Assembly: GCA_965219205.1 (NCBI GenBank)
Contig: CBDCMQ010000003.1
Span: 256,819-320,818, forward strand
Source: Dehalococcoidia bacterium
Lineage (GTDB): Bacteria > Chloroflexota > Dehalococcoidia > DSTF01 > WHTK01
Length of the DNA stretch: 64,000 nucleotides
Direction of reading: 5' to 3'
The notes beneath the pieces were generated by a model. It searched no databases. It was not told the origin of the DNA and saw nothing but the letters and a program-made list of their open reading frames with translations. The translations under genes and the position numbers were made by a program. This document shows positions 1 through 10,360 of the stretch, piece after piece; position 1 is the stretch's first letter, and each line of letters opens with the position of its first letter.

Positions 1-214
1 TCGGCAGGTCCATGGCGATAATGCGGTAGTGCTTGGCAAACTCGGCAATCACCTTATGCCAGGTAATCCAGGCGGTGACGCCAGGACCAAATGAGTGCAG
101 CAGGAAGACCGGATACCCCTCACCCATCTCGTGATAGTGGATGGTCGTACCCAGTGCCTGGACAGTCCGGCTTGTGCCTTCTTCCGTCATGCCGTTAGCC
201 GCGATATAAGCCAT
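1..214 (-). CDS. alpha/beta-fold hydrolase, N-terminal part (3' end runs off the window)
   Basis: Own translation of the minus strand from ATG 214..212 gives MAYIAANGMTEEGTSRTVQALGTTIHYHEMGEGYPVFLLHSFGPGVTAWITWHKVIAEFAKHYRIIAMDLP. This is a typical MhpC/BphD-like hydrolase N-terminus. An SD (ccaggagg on the minus strand) lies at 221..228. Confidence 0.6.
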   Translation of the reverse strand, partial: MAYIAANGMTEEGTSRTVQALGTTIHYHEMGEGYPVFLLHSFGPGVTAWITWHKVIAEFAKHYRIIAMDLP

Positions 215-413
215 TGAGCCCCTCCTGGATGTTCTCCTAAAAGCCAATGGCGTAAGAGTAAACCTCTCCTACTCGCGCGGGAAGCTATTGTTTTAAGTAC
301 CGGGAATGAGGGCGGCACTTCTAGCAATACCTAGACCCACGCGGACATCTCGCATTATCTTTACGTCACTAACCCCGCCGGTTCTTCAGAAGCAAACATC
401 GACTGGAGCCGTC

Positions 414-2642
414 ATGACCGACTCAAAAATCATTTACACCCACACTGACGAAGCACCCCTTTTGGCGACCTACGCCTTTTTGCCGATCATCTCCGCGTAC
501 GCCTCGACAGCGGGGGTGGCCGTCGAGACACGTGACATCTCTCTCGCCGGACGGATCATCGCCAGCTTTCCCGAGCGCCTGAATTCCGACCAGAAGCTCG
601 GTGACGCCCTAGCCGAGCTTGGCGCCCTTACCCTTAAGCCAGAAGCCAACATCATCAAGCTGCCCAACATCAGCGCTTCGATCCCCCAGATGAAAGCTGC
701 CATCGCCGAGCTCCAGGAGCAGGGTTACAATTTGCCAGACTACCCCGAGAGCCCCAGCACCGCCGAGGAGAAGGACGTCCGCGCCCGCTACGACAAGGTC
801 AAGGGCAGCGCCGTCAATCCAGTTCTCCGCGAAGGAAATTCCGACCGTCGCGCTCCGGCGTCTGTCAAACAGTATGCCCGTGCCCACCCTCACTCCATGG
901 GTGCCTGGTCATCTGAATCCAGGACAGACGTCGCCCACATGACCTCCGGCGACTTCCGTTCGAGCGAAAAATCAGTCGTCGTCCAATCTGACGACTCGCT
1001 GCGCATCGAGCTGACCAGCGACGATGGCAGCACGACCGTCTTGCGTGAATCCGTACCGGTGCTCGCAGGCGAAGTAGTCGATGCCAGCGCGATGAACGTC
1101 GCCGCGCTTGGCCAATTTCTCACTGACCAGATCGCCCGAGCCAAGTCGGATGGTTTGCTGTTTTCGCTCCATTTGAAGGCCACGATGATGAAAGTTTCCG
1201 ACCCGATCATCTTCGGCCACGCGGTTCGCGCCTTCTTTCCTCGGCTCTTCGCCGAATACGATGACGCCCTGGCCGCGGCCGGCGCCGATCCAGATAATGG
1301 CCTCGGCTCGATTCTGCAGGCGCTGGAGGAGCTTCCCGCCCAGCAGCGCTCCGCGATCGAAGCTGCGATCGAGCAAGGCCTCGCCAAAGGCCCGTCTTTG
1401 GCAATGGTCGATTCCGACAATGGCATCAACAACCTTCACGTTCCCAGCGACGTTATTGTCGACGCCTCGATGTCGGCGATGATCCGCGCCTCTGGGCACA
1501 TGTGGGGCCCCGACGGCAAGGAGGGCGACACGCTCGCGGTAATCCCCGACAGCAGCTACGCCGGCATTTACCAGGTCACGATCGAGGACTGTCGTGCCAA
1601 CGGCGCCCACAACCCGGCCACAATGGGCTCGGTACCCAACGTCGGTCTGATGGCACAAGCGGCCGAGGAGTACGGCAGCCACGACAAGACCTTTGAGGTA
1701 GCTGCGTCCGGCACTGTGCGTGTAGTTGACGGCAAGGGAAACACCCTGCTCGGGCACCCCGTCAGCGCCGGTGACATTTGGCGAATGTGCCAGACCAAGG
1801 ACGTACCAATTCGCGACTGGGTAAAGCTGGCGGTCTCGCGCGCCCGGTCCACGGGCTCACCGGCGGTCTTCTGGCTCGATCAGACGCGCCCCCATGACGC
1901 CAATCTGATTGCCAAGGTGCGGCAGTACCTGCTTGAACACGACACCAAGGGCCTCCAGATCGAGATCATGGCGCCGAACGACGCTACAGCCTTCTCCCTG
2001 GCTCGGATCCGTAACGGCGAAGATACCATCTCCGTCACTGGCAACGTTTTGCGCGATTACCTCACCGATCTTTTTCCAATCCTTGAGGTCGGCACCAGCG
2101 CAAAGATGCTTTCCATCGTGCCGCTGATCAACGGCGGCGGCATGTTCGAGACCGGCGCCGGCGGGTCCGCTCCCAAGCACGTGCAGCAGATGGAGAAGGA
2201 AAACCACCTGCGCTGGGACAGCCTCGGAGAGTTTCTCGCCCTTGCCGCCAGCTTCGAGCATCTGGCCAACACAACTGACAATGCCCGCGCCCAGATCCTC
2301 GCGGACACGCTAGACCGGGCAACCGCTACTTTCCTAAACGAGAACAAATCACCCAGCCGCAGGGCTGGCGAAATCGATAACCGCGGCAGCCAGTTCTATC
2401 TGGCGCTGTTCTGGGCCGAGGAGCTCGCCTCCCAGACCCAGGATTCTGAGATCGCCGCTGCCTTCGCCAAGTTCGCCGCGGCCCTGAGGACCAACGAATC
2501 GACCATCAGCGAGGAGCTGTTGTCCGTCCAAGGCAGCCCTGTCGATGTCGGCGGCTATTACAGGCCCGACCCTGAAAAGGCGTCAGCACTGATGCGCCCT
2601 TCCAAGACATTCAACGAGAGCCTATCGATCCTCAGGAACTAA
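414..2642 (+). CDS. icd: isocitrate dehydrogenase (NADP+), monomeric type
   Basis: ORF 306..2642. The ~740-aa product starting [26 protein letters not shown] has the length and N-terminus typical of monomeric IDH. Start moved to ATG 414 because the upstream 36 codons look non-coding and overlap a repeat fragment. Confidence 0.9.
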   Translation: MTDSKIIYTHTDEAPLLATYAFLPIISAYASTAGVAVETRDISLAGRIIASFPERLNSDQKLGDALAELGALTLKPEANIIKLPNISASIPQMKAAIAELQEQGYNLPDYPESPSTAEEKDVRARYDKVKGSAVNPVLREGNSDRRAPASVKQYARAHPHSMGAWSSESRTDVAHMTSGDFRSSEKSVVVQSDDSLRIELTSDDGSTTVLRESVPVLAGEVVDASAMNVAALGQFLTDQIARAKSDGLLFSLHLKATMMKVSDPIIFGHAVRAFFPRLFAEYDDALAAAGADPDNGLGSILQALEELPAQQRSAIEAAIEQGLAKGPSLAMVDSDNGINNLHVPSDVIVDASMSAMIRASGHMWGPDGKEGDTLAVIPDSSYAGIYQVTIEDCRANGAHNPATMGSVPNVGLMAQAAEEYGSHDKTFEVAASGTVRVVDGKGNTLLGHPVSAGDIWRMCQTKDVPIRDWVKLAVSRARSTGSPAVFWLDQTRPHDANLIAKVRQYLLEHDTKGLQIEIMAPNDATAFSLARIRNGEDTISVTGNVLRDYLTDLFPILEVGTSAKMLSIVPLINGGGMFETGAGGSAPKHVQQMEKENHLRWDSLGEFLALAASFEHLANTTDNARAQILADTLDRATATFLNENKSPSRRAGEIDNRGSQFYLALFWAEELASQTQDSEIAAAFAKFAAALRTNESTISEELLSVQGSPVDVGGYYRPDPEKASALMRPSKTFNESLSILRN

Positions 2643-2741
2643 GAGCGCGCCTCTTCACGAGAGGTTTCTGTGTAACCACGAGTTGCCCTGAAGCTCGCTT
2701 TCGAAGCAGACGGGAACAGTTCGCGGGAAAAGCATGCTCTT

Positions 2742-3134
2742 CTAAAGCCAATCCAGTGCATCTTCGCGACGCCCAAAATACGCCGTCGGGAAAATGCCCG
2801 GTGACTCAACGCTTTCGGACCCGATAGCAGGCATGCCACTCGGCATCAGGAAAGCGAACTTCTCGCCGCCCACCGCGTTGTAGCGTGGGATGATATTTTG
2901 GTCTCGCCACGCTCCGTCCATCTTCGACATATCCATATTGAATCCCGTCGAGTCCACCAGCAGCCGCGAGCGCTTGGACTTTTCGACAAACTCAGCGAAG
3001 CGGTCGAGCCACAAGTTGAACGCCTCAGAGCTCAGTTGCGAAGTGCCATCGAACCAACGAATCTCTAGAACACCGGCGTCCGGCCGGTCAATGATTTCTC
3101 CGTACTGATCCTCATACAAGACCTGTGATGCCAT
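2742..3134 (-). CDS. hypothetical protein (small alpha/beta protein, family not recognised)
   Basis: ORF 2742..3269. Likely start is ATG 3134 (MASQVLYEDQYGEII...), preceded by AGGAGG (3141..3146 on the minus strand). Confidence 0.5.
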   Translation of the reverse strand: MASQVLYEDQYGEIIDRPDAGVLEIRWFDGTSQLSSEAFNLWLDRFAEFVEKSKRSRLLVDSTGFNMDMSKMDGAWRDQNIIPRYNAVGGEKFAFLMPSGMPAIGSESVESPGIFPTAYFGRREDALDWL

Positions 3135-3150
3135 CTTGCCCCTCCTGAAA

Positions 3151-3918
3151 CTAACCCTTGTCGATGCCCAACCGCACGTCCTCTTCAACCAACCGTTTGA
3201 GGCGCACTGAAATAAGCTCCTTCCAGCCTCCGCCATAACTCTCGGCGACCTCCTGGTTGACCAGCCCAAATCCTTTGAATGTCAGACCAACGCGAGTAGC
3301 TTCGCGCTCTGGTGAAAGAGCGAATTCCGCAACTCCGAAGACAATGCCACGATGAAAGGAGCCGGTCATCTGTAGCCACCGGTCATTCTCGATACCCGTG
3401 ACCGTGGCGATTACTTGTCCACCATGGGCCCACGTCTCGACCAGTTGCCCACCCAACAGGGGCTCGAGAGTCAAAGAGGTTGTTTCGGCAGCCAGGAACG
3501 GATGTCCCCACCAGGCCCCGAAGCTCCGAGTGATAGCCGCGAAAACACGCGCCGGCTCGGCGCTGATCACGACGTCAATCGCTATGTCGACACTGTCCAC
3601 AGACTGGCTCTGCTCAGCCACGTCCTTCAGCCTCATTAGTGACTCTGCCATCCCCTCGTTCACCGGCTCGGTCCAGGTTCTCAATGCTGAAATCAGCGGT
3701 GGCAAATTTACGTAATGCCAGCGCTGACGCCCCACCTTTCGGCTTGTGACCAACTCCACCTCTGCCAGGACGCTCAAATGCCGCATTACGGCAATGCGGG
3801 ACATTTCGAAGCCCGCGGCAACCGCGCCAGTGGTCCGCGGCCTCTCGCGGAGCGCGGTCAAAATCGCCCGCCGCGTTGGGTCGGAAAGCGCCTGCCAGAT
3901 CAGAGGATCCTTGTCCAT
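3151..3918 (-). CDS. ArsR-family HTH regulator fused to an SRPBCC/AHSA1-like domain
   Basis: ORF 3151..4050. From MDKDPLIWQALSDPTRRAILTALRERPRTTGAVAAGFEMSRIAVMRHLSVLAEVELV it shows an ArsR/SmtB winged-helix signature. The C-terminal ~150 aa are Aha1/SRPBCC-like. Confidence 0.75.
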   Translation of the reverse strand: MDKDPLIWQALSDPTRRAILTALRERPRTTGAVAAGFEMSRIAVMRHLSVLAEVELVTSRKVGRQRWHYVNLPPLISALRTWTEPVNEGMAESLMRLKDVAEQSQSVDSVDIAIDVVISAEPARVFAAITRSFGAWWGHPFLAAETTSLTLEPLLGGQLVETWAHGGQVIATVTGIENDRWLQMTGSFHRGIVFGVAEFALSPEREATRVGLTFKGFGLVNQEVAESYGGGWKELISVRLKRLVEEDVRLGIDKG

Positions 3919-4127
3919 ACATGTAACGTCTATATTACATTTCCAGGCCAAAAATGCAACCAATCGCCAATCTGGCTGGGATGGCCTCCGACCTTGATTG
4001 TGAGACGTGAAGGCTGCGACAAGCTGCCTTGATTTCCTGTGTTTAGACAAGCAGCTGCCTGCGCCCTCGCCAAGCAGGGTGCCGTGGGCATATGCATTGG
4101 CAGCATTTCAAACTAAGCTGATCGCCT

Positions 4128-4493
4128 ATGTACACCCACGTGCAGGTAGAAAACAACGACAACAGCCTGATGTCCGCCGACCAGGTCTACAAGAACCTCT
4201 CGGACCCGTTCCCGGTGATCGGCGTTCGAATCCACGAGGGAGAACCGGGCGGCACCCCCTGCGCCGTAACCGGCTGGTCAAGCGAAAACGATGGCTCTCC
4301 GGTCGAGGCTTACGCGGTGCAAGTGGAGGATTCCAGCGAAGGCTCCGCCTTCGTCGTTTACGGCGGCGACTGGGGCGTTAGGTTGCGGCCGGTTGAGTCA
4401 GACAACCCTTGGAGCCTGGACGACCCAAAGCAGTCCGGTGAAACCCACCTGGTCCTGTCCGACCGCGAGGATCTCACCGGAGGCCGCAGTTAA
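4128..4493 (+). CDS. hypothetical protein
   Basis: 121-aa ORF with acidic, coding-like composition and no recognisable motif. Confidence 0.4.
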   Translation: MYTHVQVENNDNSLMSADQVYKNLSDPFPVIGVRIHEGEPGGTPCAVTGWSSENDGSPVEAYAVQVEDSSEGSAFVVYGGDWGVRLRPVESDNPWSLDDPKQSGETHLVLSDREDLTGGRS

Positions 4494-4546
4494 GACTAAG
4501 ACCCAGCCGCCGCTGAACTGAGTGGGTGCGAAAGGCACACACGGCA

Positions 4547-4595
4547 CCTGGGTAGCTAGTGCCGGAGGCACACGCATACCCGGCCTTTCAAAAAA
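4547..4595 (-). repeat. palindromic repeat unit (head TTTTTTGAAAGG, stem CCGGGTA/TACCCAGG, inner hairpin GTGCC-TCC-GGCAC)
   Basis: The reverse complement reads TTTTTTGAAAGGCCGGGTATGCGTGTGCCTCCGGCACTAGCTACCCAGG. It starts 4 nt after the prs stop codon, in the same orientation as prs. Confidence 0.8.
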
Positions 4596-4598
4596 TCT

Positions 4599-5591
4599 TT
4601 AGAGTCTGGGCTGGACGACCGCGTCCTGCTGGAAGAGTTCGCCGACTGAGCGGCCGCTGTTGATCCGGATGATCGCTTCTCCCAACAAAGCCGCGATCGA
4701 AATCACCTTGACCTTGTCGTGCAGCTTGTTCTCTGACAACGGGATCGTGTCAGTGACGACCAGCTCCTCGATCTCACTGTCGCAGATCCGCTGAACCGAA
4801 GTGCCGGACAAGATCGGGTGAACGCAGGCCGCCGTAACAGTCTTGGCGCCTCGCTCCAAGGCCATCTCCGCCGCGGCCATAATCGTGCTTCCCGTATCAA
4901 TCTCATCGTCGATTATCAAGACACGCCGCCCATCCACCTCTCCGATCAGGCTTTGAGCGGCGACGCGTTCCTGGTTATCAATTCGTTCTTTGTCGACAAT
5001 CGCCAGCGGAGTACCTAGCATTCGCGACATATTGCGCGCCCGTTTGGCGCCGCCAACATCGGTAGCCAGTACCGTAACCTCTGATCGGTCCCGTTGCTGA
5101 AAATAGCGGTCCAATGCGTACATAGCCGTGAGCTCATCGAGGGGAATGTTGAAGAAGCCCTGGATCTGGCCGGCGTGCAAGTCAATGCTCAGCACCCGGT
5201 CAGCACCCGCGGTTTCAATTAGATTCGCCAGCAACCGCGCCGTGATCGGCACCCGCGGCTGATCCTTCTTGTCGCTGCGTCCATAGGCAAAATAGGGGAT
5301 CACCGCGGTAATGCGACCGGCGGAAGCCCGGCGAAAGGCGTCGATCATGATCAACAGCTCCACCAGGCTGGTGTTAACCGGCGTCGACAGCGACTGCACC
5401 AGGAAGACGTCACGGTTGCGGACATTTTCTTGGATACGGACAAAAATGTTCTCGTTGCTAAACTCGAAGATATCGCAATCCCCGAGTGGCATTCCAAGGT
5501 GGGAGCAGATGTTGTTTGCTAGATCTGGGTGGGCCTTACCGGAAAATATGGCGAGGTCGTTGTATTGCAAATCCGCTACTTCCCCTTTCAT
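4599..5591 (-). CDS. prs: ribose-phosphate pyrophosphokinase
   Basis: 330-aa ORF with typical Prs length and motifs (VLIIDDEIDTGSTI PRPP-binding loop; FSGKAHPDLA N-terminus). Confidence 0.92.
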   Translation of the reverse strand: MKGEVADLQYNDLAIFSGKAHPDLANNICSHLGMPLGDCDIFEFSNENIFVRIQENVRNRDVFLVQSLSTPVNTSLVELLIMIDAFRRASAGRITAVIPYFAYGRSDKKDQPRVPITARLLANLIETAGADRVLSIDLHAGQIQGFFNIPLDELTAMYALDRYFQQRDRSEVTVLATDVGGAKRARNMSRMLGTPLAIVDKERIDNQERVAAQSLIGEVDGRRVLIIDDEIDTGSTIMAAAEMALERGAKTVTAACVHPILSGTSVQRICDSEIEELVVTDTIPLSENKLHDKVKVISIAALLGEAIIRINSGRSVGELFQQDAVVQPRL

Positions 5592-5734
5592 CCTCCAGAT
5601 AGCGCTAATTTAACACAGCAGTTGCTTCGACAATCGCGACTCACACTGCGGATCGGCGCGATATTTGCCGAACCTTAAAGTGGGTGGCTCACCCGGTCCT
5701 CGTCCTGACGGACGAGGGGCCTGCCCAAAAGCCT

Positions 5735-5771
5735 GAAGCGCTCGGCCTCTGTCCGGGCGCTTCACTTTTTG
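5735..5771 (+). terminator. orphan intrinsic-terminator-like hairpin
   Basis: GAAGCGCTCGG (5735..5745), loop CCTCTGT, CCGGGCGCTTC (5753..5763, one G-T pair), then ACTTTTTG. There is no plus-strand CDS upstream. It lies in the prs/sppA divergent spacer. Confidence 0.5.
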
Positions 5772-5949
5772 CCGTCATAATTTCGATTGACCGCGCTTAA
5801 TCGAGCTGCCTACACTCAATGACAGCGAACTGGCAAAGCCATCTTGCGGGAATTTCAAAAACAGCCATGCTTGAACCAAGAAAAGTGCTCACGACGCTCG
5901 CGCAAAGGCTCCCGTCCACTTGGCGGTATTTGAAAAAAATAGGTAGATA

Positions 5950-6759
5950 ATGCTTGTGCTCGGATTGAAGTCAAACCAGCTCCAACAGATCGCCGTCGTT
6001 GAGATGGACGGGCCAATCGGTGCCCGGTTAAAGCCAGCAGAGTACGCTAAGCTTCTGCGTTCTCTTGAAGACAACGCCCGCATTCGGGCGGTTGTTCTTG
6101 ACATCGATTCTCCCGGGGGTTCGGCCACCGGTTCAAACTACCTGTACATGGCTGTCCAATCCCTGGCAAAACGCAAGCCTGTAGTCGCCTTTATCCGAGG
6201 CGTCGGCGCCTCCGGCGCTTACATGCTGGCCTGTCCCGCCTCACGAATCGTCGCAATCCCCAGCGCCATCATCGGCTCCATCGGCGTTATATCGATGCGA
6301 CCCTTGCTCTACGAGGCGATGGATCGCCTCGGCGTCCAAATGCAAACCACCAAATCGGATCGTCTCAAGGACATGGGCAGCATGTTTCGCGAGCCAACCG
6401 ATGAGGAACACGAAAAAGAGCAGTCCCTTATCGACGACCTCTACGACCAGTTTCTCGACATCGTCGCCGAGGGACGCAACATGCCCAAAGACCAGGTTAA
6501 AGCGCTCGCGACGGGTGAGGTATTCACCGGCAAGAAGAGCCTGGAGGTTGGCCTGGTCGACGAGCTCGGTAACGTGGAACGGGCGATCGATATCGCCGCT
6601 GAGTTAGGAAATGTCGCCCGAAGGCCGGTGTGGCTGCGACCACGGCGCGGACTCAGGGAAGCGCTTGGCTCACTTGTTGCTGGGTCTTTCGTCAACGAAA
6701 TCGCTGCCCAGGTCGAAGAGCGCTTTTATTCGCGTTACGACTACCAGCACCGGCGCTAA
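5950..6759 (+). CDS. sppA: signal peptide peptidase SppA (36K type, S49 family)
   Basis: 269-aa ORF with the motifs DIDSPGGSATGS and GVGASGAYMLA (catalytic Ser region). Confidence 0.85.
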   Translation: MLVLGLKSNQLQQIAVVEMDGPIGARLKPAEYAKLLRSLEDNARIRAVVLDIDSPGGSATGSNYLYMAVQSLAKRKPVVAFIRGVGASGAYMLACPASRIVAIPSAIIGSIGVISMRPLLYEAMDRLGVQMQTTKSDRLKDMGSMFREPTDEEHEKEQSLIDDLYDQFLDIVAEGRNMPKDQVKALATGEVFTGKKSLEVGLVDELGNVERAIDIAAELGNVARRPVWLRPRRGLREALGSLVAGSFVNEIAAQVEERFYSRYDYQHRR

Positions 6760-6802
6760 CACGCTTGCCGGGCCTTTTGCCCGAGTGTAAGTTGCAGACA
6801 GC

Positions 6803-9745
6803 ATGAACGGTTACCCTTTGCACCCTGGGGCCCAGCGCGCCCGCGACTTCTCAGATTCCGATATTCGCGATCTCGTCGCCGCCTTGGATACGGGCTTAGA
6901 AGGCGAAGTAAGGGCCGATAAAGCTTCTCGCGGACTTTACGCGACCGATGCGTCGATCTACCAAATGGAGCCAACAGCGGTTGTTTTTCCTGCCGGTGAG
7001 CGTGACGTCCAGCACGTCCTGCGCGTGGCGGTGGAGGCGCGTATCCCGGTTTTGCCACGCGGCGGCGGCACCAGCCTGGCGGGCCAGGCGGTAAATCACG
7101 CCATCGTGCTGGACTTCACACCGAACCTGGGTGAGGTACTGGAGATCAACCCTGACGAAAGCTGGGCTCGGGTGCAACCCGGTCTGGTTCTCGCCGATCT
7201 CAATCGGGCCGCCGGTCGCCTGGGCTTGCAGTATGGCATCGATCCTTCCACGGCGAACCGGGCCACAATCGGCGGCGGAATCGGCAATAACTCCTGCGGT
7301 GCCCACTCCGTGATTTACGGCAAGACAATTGACCAGGTTTTAGATCTGAAGACGGTACTGTCCGATGGGTCAGTTGCCAACTTCAATAAATTGACCGGCC
7401 AAGAGCTTGAGTCGAAGCTGGACACCTCCGGGCTGGAAGGCACTCTCTACCGGGAATTACGGCGCATCGGCCTAGAGCAGCACGATGAAGTTGCCCGTCG
7501 CTTTCCCCAGATCATGCGCAGAGTCTCCGGTTACAACCTCGACGAATTCACCAATGAGCACGCGCCAATGGACCTCTCACACATCGTTGTTGGCTCGGAA
7601 GGAACCCTAGCGGTGATAACCGAGGCGAAAGTGCGGTTGGCTCCTATGCCCAAGATGAAAGGCATCGCCGCGGTCCACTTCCGAACCATTTTTGAGGCCG
7701 CCGAAGCTACAGTTACCGCTCTCGAGCATCAGCCATCCGCCGTTGAGTTGATCGGTAACACGATCATCGAACGCTGCCGCTCCAATCCAGGCTTCCGCCA
7801 GCTCACCAGCTGGGTCGATGGCGATCCCGGCGCCGTTCTACTCATCGAGTTCTACGAAGATTCGGAAGCGGACCTGCTGAACGACCTGGACCGGCTTGAG
7901 AGCGACCTCGGCACGCGAGGCCTTGGCTATGCCGTGGTCCAGGCCACGGACGCGAGCCTCCAGCGCGACATGTGGCGAATGCGGGAGGCCGGTTTGGGCC
8001 TGCTGATGAGCGTTCGCAGCGACGCCAAGCCCGTTGCGCTGGTCGAAGACACCGCGGTCGCGCCGGAGAAGCTACCCAGGTTTATCGAGCGCTTCCAGGA
8101 GATCGTCGGACGGCACGGCACAGAGTCCGCCTACTACGGTCACGCCAGCGTCGGCTGCTTGCACATTCGGCCCATGGTCAACGTGAAGTCAGCAGAGGGC
8201 CTCGCAACCATGGAGGCCATCGCCTCTGAGATCGCCGACCTGGTGCTCGAGTTTGAAGGAAGCCTCAGCGGCGAGCATGGCGACGGCATCCTGCGCGGCG
8301 TGTTTACTGAGCGTATGTTCGGCCCTCAACTCACAAACGCCTTTCGCGAAATCAAGCAAGCTTTTGACCCTAACCGCCTGCTCAACCCGGGAAAAATCAT
8401 CGACACGCCGGGCTTCAGCGAAAATCTGCGTCTAAGCCCTCAAACCCGCAATTGGGAACCGGTTACCGAGCTCGACTTCAGCTTCGAGGGCGGCATTGCC
8501 CGTGCTGCCGAGCAGTGCAACGGGCAAGGCACCTGCCGCAAGCTTGATGGCGGCATGTGCCCCTCTTTCATGGTCACCGGCGAAGAGGAACATTCGACCC
8601 GCGGCCGCGCCAACCTGCTTCGCCTAACCTTCGCCGGCGCGCTGCCGCACCAAGACCTGGCCGGCGAACGCCTCCACGAGGCGCTCGACCTCTGTGTCGA
8701 ATGCAAGGCCTGCAAAGCCGAATGCCCTTCTGGAGTCGATCTTGCCAAGCTCAAGTACGAGGCGCTGGCGCAACGCGCCCGGACCAAAGGCGTCCCCTTG
8801 CGCTCACGCTTGTTTGCCAGGATTGCAACGCTTGCTCGGCTCGGCAGCCGGTTGGCGCCTCTAGCCAACTGGATTAGCCGGCAAGGCATCGTTCGGTTCC
8901 CACTTCATCGGCTGTTTGGCATCCATCGCCAGCGGCCGTTGCCGGCCTTCGCAAATCGTACCTTTACTAGCTGGTTTGAACGCCGGACTCCGAAATCGGA
9001 GCGGGCGACGCCACGCGGTGAGGCCGTCCTTTTTAACGACACTTTCACAAACTTCTTCCATCCCGGCGTAGGACAAGCGGCCGTACGGCTGTTGGAAGCC
9101 TTGGGTTTTAGAGTCGTGCTGGTGGAGCGAACGGCGTGCTGCGGCCGGCCGGCAATTTCCAAGGGCATGCTCTCCACCGCCCGGGAGTGGGCCCGCCAGA
9201 ATGTCGATGTCCTCCTTCCCTACGCCGAGCGTGGCGTGCCAATCGTCGGCGTAGAACCGTCCTGCCTACTCTCATTCCGTGACGAGTACCCGGATCTACT
9301 ACGCGATCAGGCTTCCAAAACCGTCGCCCAGCAATCATTTATGCTCGACGAACTTATCGCCCGACTCGCGTCTGAAGATGAAGACGTAAAGAACATATTT
9401 CGCGGTGATGCCGGCAAGCAGATCCTGGTCCACGCCCACTGTCACCAGAAAGCGATCCTCGGATCAGACCCGACGATGAACGCTCTTCGGCTGCTTCCCG
9501 GCTCCAGGGTTGAGCTAATTGAAACCAGTTGCTGTGGCATGGCCGGCGCTTTCGGCTTCGAGGCCGAGCACTACGAAACCTCTCGGGCGATGGGAGGTTT
9601 ACGTCTCTTTCCTTCGATAGAAAACGCCGCGCCGGAGATGGAAATCGCAATTACTGGCGTGTCATGCCGTCAGCAAATTGGCCACTTTACCTCAAGAAAA
9701 CCGCGTCACGCCCTGGAGATTTTGGCAGACGCGCTGCGCGACTAG
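6803..9745 (+). CDS. FAD-linked oxidase fused to 4Fe-4S/CCG domains (YdiJ/GlcD-GlpC-like 2-hydroxyacid dehydrogenase)
   Basis: 980 aa. It has an N-terminal FAD-binding PCMH domain (PRGGGTSLAGQAV), a central CVECKACKAECPSGVD ferredoxin motif and C-terminal Cys-rich CCG repeats. Confidence 0.85.
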   Translation: MNGYPLHPGAQRARDFSDSDIRDLVAALDTGLEGEVRADKASRGLYATDASIYQMEPTAVVFPAGERDVQHVLRVAVEARIPVLPRGGGTSLAGQAVNHAIVLDFTPNLGEVLEINPDESWARVQPGLVLADLNRAAGRLGLQYGIDPSTANRATIGGGIGNNSCGAHSVIYGKTIDQVLDLKTVLSDGSVANFNKLTGQELESKLDTSGLEGTLYRELRRIGLEQHDEVARRFPQIMRRVSGYNLDEFTNEHAPMDLSHIVVGSEGTLAVITEAKVRLAPMPKMKGIAAVHFRTIFEAAEATVTALEHQPSAVELIGNTIIERCRSNPGFRQLTSWVDGDPGAVLLIEFYEDSEADLLNDLDRLESDLGTRGLGYAVVQATDASLQRDMWRMREAGLGLLMSVRSDAKPVALVEDTAVAPEKLPRFIERFQEIVGRHGTESAYYGHASVGCLHIRPMVNVKSAEGLATMEAIASEIADLVLEFEGSLSGEHGDGILRGVFTERMFGPQLTNAFREIKQAFDPNRLLNPGKIIDTPGFSENLRLSPQTRNWEPVTELDFSFEGGIARAAEQCNGQGTCRKLDGGMCPSFMVTGEEEHSTRGRANLLRLTFAGALPHQDLAGERLHEALDLCVECKACKAECPSGVDLAKLKYEALAQRARTKGVPLRSRLFARIATLARLGSRLAPLANWISRQGIVRFPLHRLFGIHRQRPLPAFANRTFTSWFERRTPKSERATPRGEAVLFNDTFTNFFHPGVGQAAVRLLEALGFRVVLVERTACCGRPAISKGMLSTAREWARQNVDVLLPYAERGVPIVGVEPSCLLSFRDEYPDLLRDQASKTVAQQSFMLDELIARLASEDEDVKNIFRGDAGKQILVHAHCHQKAILGSDPTMNALRLLPGSRVELIETSCCGMAGAFGFEAEHYETSRAMGGLRLFPSIENAAPEMEIAITGVSCRQQIGHFTSRKPRHALEILADALRD

Positions 9746-9750
9746 TCACT

Positions 9751-9831
9751 TTATCGATTTTTTGAAATACCGGGAATGACGGCGGCTTGCCGCCTACTTC
9801 CCGGGAGCGCCGGCAGCGTTGTATACGCTCA
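9751..9831 (+). repeat. palindromic repeat unit plus module B, flanked by a 14-bp direct repeat
   Basis: TTTGAAATACCGGGAATGACGGCGGCTTGCCGCCTACTTCCCGGGAGCGCCGGCAGCGTTGTATACGCTCA. CGCGACTAGTCACT occurs at both 9737..9750 and 9832..9845. Confidence 0.85.
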
Positions 9832-9836
9832 CGCGA

Positions 9837-10325
9837 CTAGTCACTAATCTCAATGGGAGTGGCTGGGAAATCGCCGTGAAGCAGCGGCGGCAGAAGCACT
9901 GCCAGCTCCCGCGGCACGAAAACTTCCTCGGAAGACTCTAGCTCGACAAGCGACCACCATCCGCGTCCAATCATTGAGGCCCGCTCCAGGTCACCTGGGT
10001 TGATGTGGGCGCCCGGATCGTGCGCCTCCACGCGGCAAACGAAGTAGTTCTCCAGCACGTCGTAAACCACGCCGTTGAACTCGGCCACGTGAGACCTCAG
10101 CCAAACAGGCGAGCTTAAAGTCACGTCTTGAAGCCCGGTCTCCTCCCAAAGCTCGCGGAGCGCCGCCGCCTCGTAGGATTCTCCTTCATTGAGGCCGCCA
10201 CCGGGCGGCACCCAGATTGACCCAGTTCTGGTGCTCGCCAGCGAATAGTGAAAAAGGAAGATGCAGTCAGCTCCGTCCAAGAGCAAGACCCGCGCCGCCG
10301 GACGGTGAACCGGTGTACCTGTCAA
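9837..10325 (-). CDS. NUDIX hydrolase
   Basis: 162 aa with Nudix box GGGLNEGESYEAAALRELWEETGL. Confidence 0.8.
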   Translation of the reverse strand: MTGTPVHRPAARVLLLDGADCIFLFHYSLASTRTGSIWVPPGGGLNEGESYEAAALRELWEETGLQDVTLSSPVWLRSHVAEFNGVVYDVLENYFVCRVEAHDPGAHINPGDLERASMIGRGWWSLVELESSEEVFVPRELAVLLPPLLHGDFPATPIEISD

Positions 10326-10360
10326 ACAAAACTCCCCATGCCCGTCATTTCCCTTACAGA

